DNA of 64,000 nt from Candidatus Melainabacteria bacterium 17Bon1m. Lineage in GTDB: Bacteria; Cyanobacteriota; Vampirovibrionia; Obscuribacterales; Obscuribacteraceae. Positions 56,511-64,000 of this stretch are shown here, one piece after another. Every line of letters starts with the position of its first letter. Within the stretch, counting starts at the first letter, position 1. Where the stretch lies: NCBI GenBank assembly GCA_032128875.1, contig JAVLKG010000002.1, positions 1,066,202-1,130,201 of the forward strand, in the 5' to 3' direction. The notes below the pieces were generated by a model. It searched no databases. It was not told the origin of the DNA and saw only the letters and a program-made list of their open reading frames with translations. The position numbers and the translations under genes are program-made.

Positions 56511-57527
56511 ATGAAATTCCTCGACATAGTCATTGCTGAAGAATCAAGCCTGAAGGAAAAGGAAGAGCGGGCGGGCGCGGACGGTCACGAGTTGGCGCCG
56601 ACTTTAGAAAAGCTTGGCTATGCCTATCACGCTCTCAATCGGTTTCATGACGCACAAGAGTCTTATGAAAGAGCATTGCGACTGAGGCTCGCGGCTGGTC
56701 AGGGCGACACGGCTGAGATTATTCCGTGCATTCATGCCCTCGGTTTGATGCACCGTTTGCAAGGCAACTATTCTGCCGCAGAGATGCATTACAAACACGC
56801 GCTCAGGCTGACTGAGCAGTTGGCTGGAGAAAGTTCGGTGGAGACCTGTGTCCGGAGAAATTATCTAGCCGGTCTTTTCTATGCGATGAAACGTTATGAC
56901 GAAGCGAATGAGTTGATCAATCGCAGTGCTGAGATATACACGTCAAAATTAGGTGGCTCGCACTCTACCGTAACTTTGTGTCTGCTTGCTCAGGCTCTTA
57001 TTTCTTTTCGCACCGGTCAAAAGGCGAAAGGCGACAAGCTGGTGAATCAAATTTCTACCAGCATGCAGGAAAATCTCGATTTCAAGGAAGCAGCTGGTGA
57101 AGCGAACGATGAGATTTTGAAGTTTGTTCTTTTGCAATTGCGGCAAGACAAATTGGAAGATGCCGAAGCGCTATTTCGTTTTGCCCTTGTTAGGGAAGCA
57201 AATATACTCTGGCCGAATCACCCTCTCGTAGCGAAGAACCTGCGGCGGTTGGGCGATTTGAATAGATCGATGAATCATTTAGAACGCGCGGCAGAACTTT
57301 ATCGTCAGTCTCTGGAGATGTATATGTCCACCATGGGGACTGCCGATCCTGATATTGCTACGTTGGCAGAATCCTTCGGGCAAGTCTTGATTCAGCTGAA
57401 TAAGCGTAAGGAGGCTGTCTGGCCGATGAAGGTCGCAGTCGATGTAAGAGAGATGTTTCAAGAAATTGAGCCAGAGCAGTACCAGAAAGCGAAAAACACT
57501 CTCGATAAATTGAATTCTAGTTTGTGA
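56511..57527 (+). CDS. TPR protein (kinesin-light-chain-type 42-aa repeats)
   Basis: LG..Y....R..DA...YERAL; HPLVA.NL..LG.L; DPDIA. Confidence 0.85.
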   Translation: MKFLDIVIAEESSLKEKEERAGADGHELAPTLEKLGYAYHALNRFHDAQESYERALRLRLAAGQGDTAEIIPCIHALGLMHRLQGNYSAAEMHYKHALRLTEQLAGESSVETCVRRNYLAGLFYAMKRYDEANELINRSAEIYTSKLGGSHSTVTLCLLAQALISFRTGQKAKGDKLVNQISTSMQENLDFKEAAGEANDEILKFVLLQLRQDKLEDAEALFRFALVREANILWPNHPLVAKNLRRLGDLNRSMNHLERAAELYRQSLEMYMSTMGTADPDIATLAESFGQVLIQLNKRKEAVWPMKVAVDVREMFQEIEPEQYQKAKNTLDKLNSSL

Positions 57528-57532
57528 TTCTC

Positions 57533-57585
57533 GTAGGGGATGCACAGGTGCCTCCCAGTCATGGAGCCGCATGCGGCTCCCCTAC
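57533..57585. repeat. REP-like doublet between convergent genes
   Basis: Termini GTAGGGGA and TCCCCTAC; internal perfect palindrome GGAGCCGCATGCGGCTCC. Confidence 0.75.
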
Positions 57586-57591
57586 ACATGT

Positions 57592-59325
57592 TTAGGCGGT
57601 TTGAATTTCCGCTGCATCCTTGAGTCCGAGTTCTTCGATCATTTTTTCGCGCATGACGAACTTTTGGATCTTGCCGGTCACGGTCATCGGAAATTCTTGA
57701 ACAATTCGAATGTGGCGAGGTACTTTGAAGTAGGCAACCTTCTCTTTGAGCCACTCCGAAATTGCTTCCGCTTTCACAGTCGAGCCTGGCTTTACCATCA
57801 CCCACATTGAAACATCTTCACCGAGGTGTGCGTCGGGGATGCCAAAAACCTGCGCTTGAATAACTTCCGGATGGACGTGCATAACTTCTTCGATTTCGCG
57901 AGGGTAGATGTTTTCTCCGCCCCTAATGATCATGTCTTTCTTGCGACCGGTAATATTGATGTATCCAGCTTCGTTCATCACTGCCAGATCGCCTGAGTGA
58001 AGCCAACGTGAGGCATCGATGCAATCCTGTGTCGCCTGCGGATTATTCCAATAGCCGAGCATCACCCCATGTCCGCGTGTGCATAATTCGCCTTGTACAC
58101 CTCTGGGGACGATCGCACCGGATACGGTATCGATTAGTTTGATTTCGAGTCCTGGAATTATTTTTCCGACTGTTGTTGCTCGGAGTTCCAACGAGTCGCT
58201 AATTGTAGTAGCTGTGATCAGTGGCGATGCTTCAGTCAATCCGTAGAGGATAACCACTTCCCTCATATGCATCTTGTCTGCCACTTTTCGCATCAGTTGA
58301 ACAGGGCAAGGAGCGCCTGCCATGAAGCCTCCGCGCAAATGCGAGAGATCGAACTTTTCAAAATCTGGATGTTCGAGTTCGCCAATGAACATCGTTGGAA
58401 CACCCGAGACGTGAGTGCATTTTTCAGCGGAAAGCGCTTCTAAAACCTTTTCTTCATCGTAGAAAGGGCAGGGAATGATCACCGCTCCACCGACAGAAAA
58501 GGATGCCATCGCAGATGACACCATGCCGCCGCAATGATAAAAGGGCATCGGTACACAGAAGCGGGTACTTTCATCCAAACCCATTGCTTGTGCCGCAAAC
58601 CAGGCGTTGTTCAGCAGGTTGTGATGGCTAAGGGTGACACCTTTGGGAAAACCGGTCGTGCCTGATGTGTATTGAATGTTGATTGGTTGATCGAATTGCA
58701 GATGCTGCATTCTTTCCTGCAGATCGCTATGCGGCACTTTATCGCCGAGTTCCAAAAGCGAATCAAACGCCTTCACGTTGCCGACCAACTTGTCTTTTAA
58801 ATCTTGCGCTTTGCCGATCACGAAGATCGACTCTAACTGAGGAGTGTCAGTGAGGTCGTATTTTGTGTCTGGAGAAAACACCTGGTGCGCGATCTCTCGC
58901 AGCATTTTTAGATAATCGGAACTTCGGTGTCCCGGAACAGTGATGAGCAGCTTAACGCCAGCCTGTTTGAGGGCATATTCGACTTCTTGAGTCTTATAGG
59001 ATGGATTGATATTGACCAGAATTCCGCCGACAGACCACACCGCAAGCATTGTGATCAGCCATTCGGCATTGTTGGTCGACCAAATTCCTACGCGGTCTCC
59101 GGTCTCGATCCCCATAGAAAGCAGACCTCTGGCGGTCTGGTTTACTTTCTCTTGAAGCTGTTTGTAGCTGAAGCGCTGATTTGATGCGATATCGATCAAG
59201 GCGTCCGCGCTTGCTCGGTTGGTCGAAATATCTAGAAAATAATTGCCAAGAGTGGCGCCAAGAAGCCGCTGGCTTGATGGGCCATGGTCGTAGCTCAACA
59301 AAGGAGCTTGTTGTGACTTTGTCAA
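57592..59325 (-). CDS. AMP-binding acyl-CoA synthetase (ACSF2/YngI-like)
   Basis: QYTSGTTGFPKG, YGLTEASP, RGHGVMLGYW, HSGDL, GRKKDMIIRGGENIYP, TVTGKIQK. Confidence 0.93.
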   Translation of the reverse strand: MTKSQQAPLLSYDHGPSSQRLLGATLGNYFLDISTNRASADALIDIASNQRFSYKQLQEKVNQTARGLLSMGIETGDRVGIWSTNNAEWLITMLAVWSVGGILVNINPSYKTQEVEYALKQAGVKLLITVPGHRSSDYLKMLREIAHQVFSPDTKYDLTDTPQLESIFVIGKAQDLKDKLVGNVKAFDSLLELGDKVPHSDLQERMQHLQFDQPINIQYTSGTTGFPKGVTLSHHNLLNNAWFAAQAMGLDESTRFCVPMPFYHCGGMVSSAMASFSVGGAVIIPCPFYDEEKVLEALSAEKCTHVSGVPTMFIGELEHPDFEKFDLSHLRGGFMAGAPCPVQLMRKVADKMHMREVVILYGLTEASPLITATTISDSLELRATTVGKIIPGLEIKLIDTVSGAIVPRGVQGELCTRGHGVMLGYWNNPQATQDCIDASRWLHSGDLAVMNEAGYINITGRKKDMIIRGGENIYPREIEEVMHVHPEVIQAQVFGIPDAHLGEDVSMWVMVKPGSTVKAEAISEWLKEKVAYFKVPRHIRIVQEFPMTVTGKIQKFVMREKMIEELGLKDAAEIQTA

Positions 59326-59351
59326 CGAAAGAGCCTACTGGTCAGTCCCTA

Positions 59352-59657
59352 CTACATTGGGAACGCTTCAGCGCCGCCCAAAATCAGGATGGTAGCAGCA
59401 GATCTTTCTTGTTGCCTTAGTACTTTCTTTGACTTGATCTTGGTGCCGGCTTGCTTCTCGACAGCTTTGATTACGTCGATTGCTTGTTGGACACCAGGAT
59501 CTTGATAACCAGGGTTTGGTGCTCCGGTATTCATAGCGAGCTTGTCCTGGCAGACTGGGCCAGAATTTGCCAAAGCTGGCACGGTTATGCAGCCCAGAAT
59601 CGCTGCAGCTACTGCCATTGCTTTAGTGCGTGATTTAGTCACAAATATTGCTCCCAT
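59352..59657 (-). CDS. Small hypothetical secreted protein
   Basis: Signal peptide ending PALA; ATG after CAGGTG. Confidence 0.55.
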   Translation of the reverse strand: MGAIFVTKSRTKAMAVAAAILGCITVPALANSGPVCQDKLAMNTGAPNPGYQDPGVQQAIDVIKAVEKQAGTKIKSKKVLRQQERSAATILILGGAEAFPM

Positions 59658-59746
59658 GAGCGGTCACCTGTTTGGAGTATAGGGGCGGTCTTTTGAAATG
59701 GAAACCATTCTTTAAATCGTTTAAGATTTCAGTACAATGTTGATAC

Positions 59747-61009
59747 ATGTCAAGTCCATCAGTGGGCATTCTTGGTAGATGGACCCTTTACAAAAGTTGG
59801 ATGGAACTTTCTAAAGTGAGAAAGCGCAGCGCACAATTTCCAACCTTGAGCTTTGCGGATAGGACCGTGTTGCCAAGCGCTGGGTTCCCGCGCCAGATAA
59901 TACTTTGCATAACTTTATGTTTGTCCACCGTACCGCAAATGGTTGGTCCCTCAGTTGTGGCTGTTTCTTTGTTTTTCAGCACACCTTCAGCGGTTTATGC
60001 CGATCCTCTGAGCACGATGAAGTCACGTGAGTTTCTTCAGAAGGGCAATAATCACCTGACCAGATTTGAGTTTCAACAAGCTCTAGACGCTTATACCGAG
60101 TGTCTTTTGTGCGATCCGAATAATCGGACTGCCAAAGACAATATTGTGCTCACTCACAATAACTGGGGCATTTGGTGGTTCCAAAAGCGCAAATATAAGG
60201 AAGCAAGAGAAGAGTGGGAGCAAGCTCTCAAGCTCAATCCTATGGATCGAAACGCACGAGCCAACATGCAAGTGTTGAAAGTGACGCTGAAGCAGCAAGG
60301 CTTGACCGAAGATGGAGAGAAACCAAAACCGCCCCAAGCACAAGCTCAGAAGCCGAGTGCAGACTTCCCTCCATCGCAAGCCATAATTTTGACGCCTGGT
60401 CTGAAGTCGTCAGGAGGATCGACGGGAGGGGCAACCGAAGCATCGTCCGAAGGACAGTCAGCTTTGACTGCTCCGCCTTCTTCATCGATTGTCCAGCCTT
60501 CCACATCGACGACATCAACAGGTGAGGCTAATTCGGCTTCGACTGGGTCTTCAAGCGGAGCCGCATTGTGGGATGGTAACGGTGCTTCCCAAGCTGATGG
60601 CAACTCCGGCTCAGCAGTAATCATCAAGAAAACTGCACCTGTAACCACAAATGGTGGCGAATCTTCAGGGTCAATAAGCACCTATTCAAGTGGTAGTAAT
60701 TATTCAAACGAGACGACAGGAGCGAAGTTCACAACCGCTCCTGTCACCCCAGCCAGTACCCAATCTTCGTCCCACAGCGAATCCTCTGAAGGTTCTGCAG
60801 CCTCTGCAGCTGCCACCGCAGGCGGTTCGCAAGGGGACAACATCGAGGATAGCCTCAGTCAAATCGAGCAGAAAATCTATGGTCGCAAGCAAGAGTCTCT
60901 ACCTATAATGAAACGGCTGGAAAAATTGGAGATCGATACGCACGGCAAAACAAAATCCGGCACGATCAAAGAACGAATTGATACTCTTAGGAAGAGCTAC
61001 GGATTCTAG
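59747..61009 (+). CDS. Secreted TPR protein with Ser/Thr/Gly-rich linker and C-terminal 'LE..FG...RL..LE' module (start uncertain)
   Basis: TPRs (DPNNRTAKDN, WEQALKLNP); low-complexity linker; LSQIEQKIYG...KRLEKLE. Confidence 0.75.
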   Translation: MSSPSVGILGRWTLYKSWMELSKVRKRSAQFPTLSFADRTVLPSAGFPRQIILCITLCLSTVPQMVGPSVVAVSLFFSTPSAVYADPLSTMKSREFLQKGNNHLTRFEFQQALDAYTECLLCDPNNRTAKDNIVLTHNNWGIWWFQKRKYKEAREEWEQALKLNPMDRNARANMQVLKVTLKQQGLTEDGEKPKPPQAQAQKPSADFPPSQAIILTPGLKSSGGSTGGATEASSEGQSALTAPPSSSIVQPSTSTTSTGEANSASTGSSSGAALWDGNGASQADGNSGSAVIIKKTAPVTTNGGESSGSISTYSSGSNYSNETTGAKFTTAPVTPASTQSSSHSESSEGSAASAAATAGGSQGDNIEDSLSQIEQKIYGRKQESLPIMKRLEKLEIDTHGKTKSGTIKERIDTLRKSYGF

Positions 61010-61029
61010 TCAAAGGTATTTATAAGTAG

Positions 61030-62247
61030 ATGGCAGATAATCCAGAGCATTCTGAACAGCAAGCCCGCGAGCTGATGCAGAAGGGCTACGAGCATTTGAG
61101 CGAAGGTGACGCTGGCGAGGCGAAGAAGCTGGGCAAGAAGCTTCTCAAAATGAAGTACTCAGGCGGCTATGAATTGCTTGCCAGAGCCTATGAGATGGAA
61201 GAACGCCCGCAGGATGCGATCGCCGTATTAGAAGAGGGCACGCGCGCTGTTCCGCAAATATGGTTGTTGTGGCAGCAACTTGGAAATTTGCAGTCAGACC
61301 AGGGCGATTTCCAGGCAGCAAATGAGTCCTACACCAAGGCGCTTGACTGCCCAGGTGTCGACTCATCTCAGATTTACTTCAACAAAGCGATTGCGTTGCA
61401 CCGCTGCAACATGCCGCAAGAGGCAATGGAAGCCCTTGATCAAGTCGAAAGCGATGACCTCCACTGGCCCGCGCTGGCACTACGTGTGGCTCTTTTGAAC
61501 GGGCTGGAGCAGTATCACAAGTCCGCAGATTTGGCGAAGCACCTTGCTGAGCGACTCTTGGGCTCGGAAGAGCTATTCACTCAGTACACCATCGAGCTTG
61601 CTGGAATTATCACTGAGTTGGGTATTGCCGTTGGTCGCGGCAACAATGACATTGACGGCGCGCGTCATTGCTTCATCCAAGCTTTGAGATACGTCAAAAA
61701 TTTCTCGTACGCCCTGGCAATGTTGCGCCAGGTCTATCATATGGAATCGACTGAGGCACAGCACTTCAGATTACTGGTCAGAGGCACTTGGTTCGAACCT
61801 ATAGAGCAGCATGGCACAGGTAATCCTGGGTTCTACAGCACCTTCGATATCGTTGCCGACAACGCGGAAGAAGCGATGGCTTTTGCAGCAGAACTCGAGC
61901 CAGATGAAGTAAGAGATTCACTTGTTGTTGAAGAAGTTTCTGTTCTTGGTCCGTGCCCCCAAGATCTAAAAGGCGTATACAACCGCACAGGTTATGCGTT
62001 TTACGATTTGAGCGCAGAAGGGGCCGTTACTGAAGGCAAGCCAGTTGGTCAAAAACCGACTAAGGCTGAAGGTAAAACTGAGCCTAAGACAGAAGCTAAG
62101 TCGAACGCAGAAACTAAGTCCAAGGCGGAAACCAAGTCCAAGGCAGAAACAAAATCTGACACTAAAGATTCTGCCGAAGACAAGTCGACGTCTAAGTCTA
62201 AAACGACTAAGAGCAAGCCATCTAAGGGCAAGTCCTCTAAGAAATAA
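61030..62247 (+). CDS. TPR protein with Lys-rich C-terminal tail
   Basis: TPRs (LWQQLGNLQS, YFNKAIAL); tail of KSKAET repeats. Confidence 0.8.
   Translation: MADNPEHSEQQARELMQKGYEHLSEGDAGEAKKLGKKLLKMKYSGGYELLARAYEMEERPQDAIAVLEEGTRAVPQIWLLWQQLGNLQSDQGDFQAANESYTKALDCPGVDSSQIYFNKAIALHRCNMPQEAMEALDQVESDDLHWPALALRVALLNGLEQYHKSADLAKHLAERLLGSEELFTQYTIELAGIITELGIAVGRGNNDIDGARHCFIQALRYVKNFSYALAMLRQVYHMESTEAQHFRLLVRGTWFEPIEQHGTGNPGFYSTFDIVADNAEEAMAFAAELEPDEVRDSLVVEEVSVLGPCPQDLKGVYNRTGYAFYDLSAEGAVTEGKPVGQKPTKAEGKTEPKTEAKSNAETKSKAETKSKAETKSDTKDSAEDKSTSKSKTTKSKPSKGKSSKK
62098..62151 (+). repeat. Three 18-bp tandem repeats (KSNAET KSKAET KSKAET)
   Basis: AAGTCGAACGCAGAAACT AAGTCCAAGGCGGAAACC AAGTCCAAGGCAGAAACA. 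Confidence 0.8.
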
Positions 62248-62344
62248 TATTGCGATTTGCACGTTATGCACTGCATTCTCGTGCAGGCTGTTTTGCGCTG
62301 CAATAGAATATTCGAAAGTTTCATTCGACTTATGGAGAATGCTG

Positions 62345-63268
62345 ATGAAGGCTCTTGTGATTGGCGCTTCCGGCTATATTGGCGGCTCGGTTGCAGCTAA
62401 GCTGCTGAACGAAGGTTTTGAAGTAATTGGCACAACAAGCTCTGATGATCGAGCTGCTGAATTGAAAAAGCTCAATATTGAACCGGCAGTTGGTTCGCAC
62501 AAAGACTCATCTTTCATTACGCCTCTCTGCGCGAAAGCAGATGTTGTGGTGAATGCTGCTGATTCTGACGCTCGGCAGCTTGTTGAGACCGTTATTGCTG
62601 CACTCAAGGGAACAGGCAAGCGGTTCGTCCACACCAGCGGATCTTCGATTGTTTCTGATACCGCATGTGGTGAGTGTTCAGACAAAGTTTATGATGAAAT
62701 TACTCCACTCGATCCAGTTCCACAAAAAGTTGCACGAGTTGAGATTGACCGTTTTATTTTGGATGCAGCAAAGGAAGACGTTCATACAGTCGTCATTTGC
62801 CCTTGTCTGATCTATGGACGTGGGCTAGGTCTGAGCAAAGAAAGCATTCAAGTGCCGGCGATGATCAATCAAGCGAAAAAGTCGAAAGTAGCTAGATGCG
62901 TCGGACGAGGACAGAATATTTGGTCCACTGTTCACATCGAAGATTTAGTAGATTTGTACGCTCTAGCTGCGAGCGGCTCTGTACCTGCAGGTACATTTTT
63001 ATTTGCAGAAAATGGCGAAATCAATTTTAAATCTTTAGCTGAAGCAATCAAATCATCTCTGAAATTGTCGGCACCAGTAGAAGAATGGCCTATCGAAGAT
63101 GCTGTTGCCGAATGGGGTGAAGGAATGGCAAAATTCGCACTCGGATCGAACTCGAGAATTCGAGGCAAAAGAAGCAGAGAGTTTGGCTGGAACCCCAAAC
63201 ACGACAGCGTTGTAAAAGACACTGAGCGCATGTGCCACAGCGCAGATATGAGAGTTTCAGCTCACTAG
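62345..63268 (+). CDS. NAD-dependent epimerase/dehydratase (atypical SDR)
   Basis: MKALVIGASGYIGG, HTSGS, P.LIYG.G, WSTVHIEDL; ATG 62345 lies 7 nt after GGAG. Confidence 0.9.
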   Translation: MKALVIGASGYIGGSVAAKLLNEGFEVIGTTSSDDRAAELKKLNIEPAVGSHKDSSFITPLCAKADVVVNAADSDARQLVETVIAALKGTGKRFVHTSGSSIVSDTACGECSDKVYDEITPLDPVPQKVARVEIDRFILDAAKEDVHTVVICPCLIYGRGLGLSKESIQVPAMINQAKKSKVARCVGRGQNIWSTVHIEDLVDLYALAASGSVPAGTFLFAENGEINFKSLAEAIKSSLKLSAPVEEWPIEDAVAEWGEGMAKFALGSNSRIRGKRSREFGWNPKHDSVVKDTERMCHSADMRVSAH

Positions 63269-63275
63269 CCAAAAA

Positions 63276-63329
63276 GTAAGGGAGCCGCATGCGGCTCCCT
63301 GAGCAAGGAGGCGCATGCGCCTCCGCTAC
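63276..63329. repeat. REP-like doublet between convergent genes
   Basis: GTAA-GGGAGCCGCATGCGGCTCCC-N7-GGAGGCGCATGCGCCTCC-GCTAC; the first palindrome is identical to the one at 57563-57580. Confidence 0.75.
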
Positions 63330-63345
63330 AGATTGTTTCTGTCGT

Positions 63346-63744
63346 TTACTTCTTAACCATCGAAAAGATCGAATAGAGATTGTTGTCGATGTCATAGAAG
63401 TTTGTGCTCATACCGACATGGTCGCCTGCTTCGCAAACGACTTCGCATTCGTTTTTGAAATTGACGCCTTTCTTAACGAGCTCTTCGCGTGCTTCGTGTA
63501 CATTGTCGACAGTGAATACAACGATTGGCTGTCCTTCGACTTTTCCAGGATGCTTTTCGCCGGGCTTCATTCCATGCAATGCCAAAGTGGTGGCACCGGT
63601 TTCCAATTCAACCCAACCTTCTTCTTCGGACTTGACGGTCATTCCGAGAATGTCGCGATAGAAAGGAACGGATTTCTTCGTGTCTTGAACGTAAACAATG
63701 ACGTAGCTCATTGTGGAAATTTTGATTTCAGATTTAACTGCCAT
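63346..63744 (-). CDS. VOC/glyoxalase-family protein
   Basis: YVQD..KS..FYRDILG, WVEL.TG...LALH, F.VDNV, F.D.DNN. Confidence 0.88.
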   Translation of the reverse strand: MAVKSEIKISTMSYVIVYVQDTKKSVPFYRDILGMTVKSEEEGWVELETGATTLALHGMKPGEKHPGKVEGQPIVVFTVDNVHEAREELVKKGVNFKNECEVVCEAGDHVGMSTNFYDIDNNLYSIFSMVKK

Positions 63745-63908
63745 TGGATTTTTCCTTTGTGCTTTCAGTAATTTTGTATATGGATTTTCTGGAGCGCAAA
63801 ATTGCTCCCGTTCGTGCTCTCAGCAAGTGAGTGCAGAACGTCCAACGCGGAATGCCGACAAAATAATATCCCATCGTTCTCGTATGCGTATTAACTGAAA
63901 ATGTCGGC

Positions 63909-63935
63909 GGGCGGCATTAATGCCGCCCCTCTTAC
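63909..63935. repeat. REP-like single palindrome
   Basis: GGGCGGCATTAATGCCGCCC followed by CTCTTAC (GTAAG on the minus strand). Confidence 0.55.
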
Positions 63936-64000
63936 TATGGTCTTGACAGTGATGCTGGACGCACATACAACTGTCGGGAAATAGTGCTGGGAGGAGAAAA

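Noticed and set aside
62045-62344. 100-aa N-terminal extension on the epimerase in the track
   Set aside because: It overlaps the upstream TPR gene; the Rossmann motif and RBS support a start at 62345.
1-64000. HIP1 (GCGATCGC) enrichment, prophage, IS elements, tRNA or rRNA
   Set aside because: I noticed only a few scattered HIP1 sites and no integrase, transposase, phage structural gene or cloverleaf by eye. A tRNAscan or Rfam run would be needed to exclude small RNAs.

Overview
Bacterial chromosomal window, about 50% GC by eye, standard genetic code, densely coding. I saw no rRNA, tRNA, CRISPR array, prophage or transposase. The gene style (zinc-ribbon Hanks kinases, many secreted TPR proteins, cyanobacterial-type NurA, MqnE, no photosynthesis genes) suggests a non-photosynthetic cyanobacterial relative such as Obscuribacterales/Vampirovibrionia; this is an inference. 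Housekeeping genes include dprA, mqnE, rimJ-like, nurA, surE, a CNNM/CBS transporter, rsmA, ispE, nth and an acyl-CoA synthetase. Most notable: (1) a co-oriented minus-strand signalling and export block made of a receiver-HTH-zinc ribbon-Ser/Thr kinase fusion, a thioredoxin-like CPC protein, a membrane sensor kinase whose phospho-His is Asn, then ABC (H-loop His to Gln), HlyD and TolC; (2) a 43-aa, 14-Cys metallothionein-like ORF missed by the ORF track; (3) a >1320-aa Ser/Thr kinase, also missing from the track, with four copies of a 26-aa Thr-containing motif in a Pro-rich tail; (4) a degenerate GGDEF-pseudokinase fusion coupled to nurA; (5) a four-unit Pho-box-like array and twin divergent ECF-type promoters; (6) GTAG-type REP-like palindromes; (7) an AT-rich minor pilin cassette; (8) two apparent gene lesions. 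All family assignments come from motif recognition by eye, not database searches.
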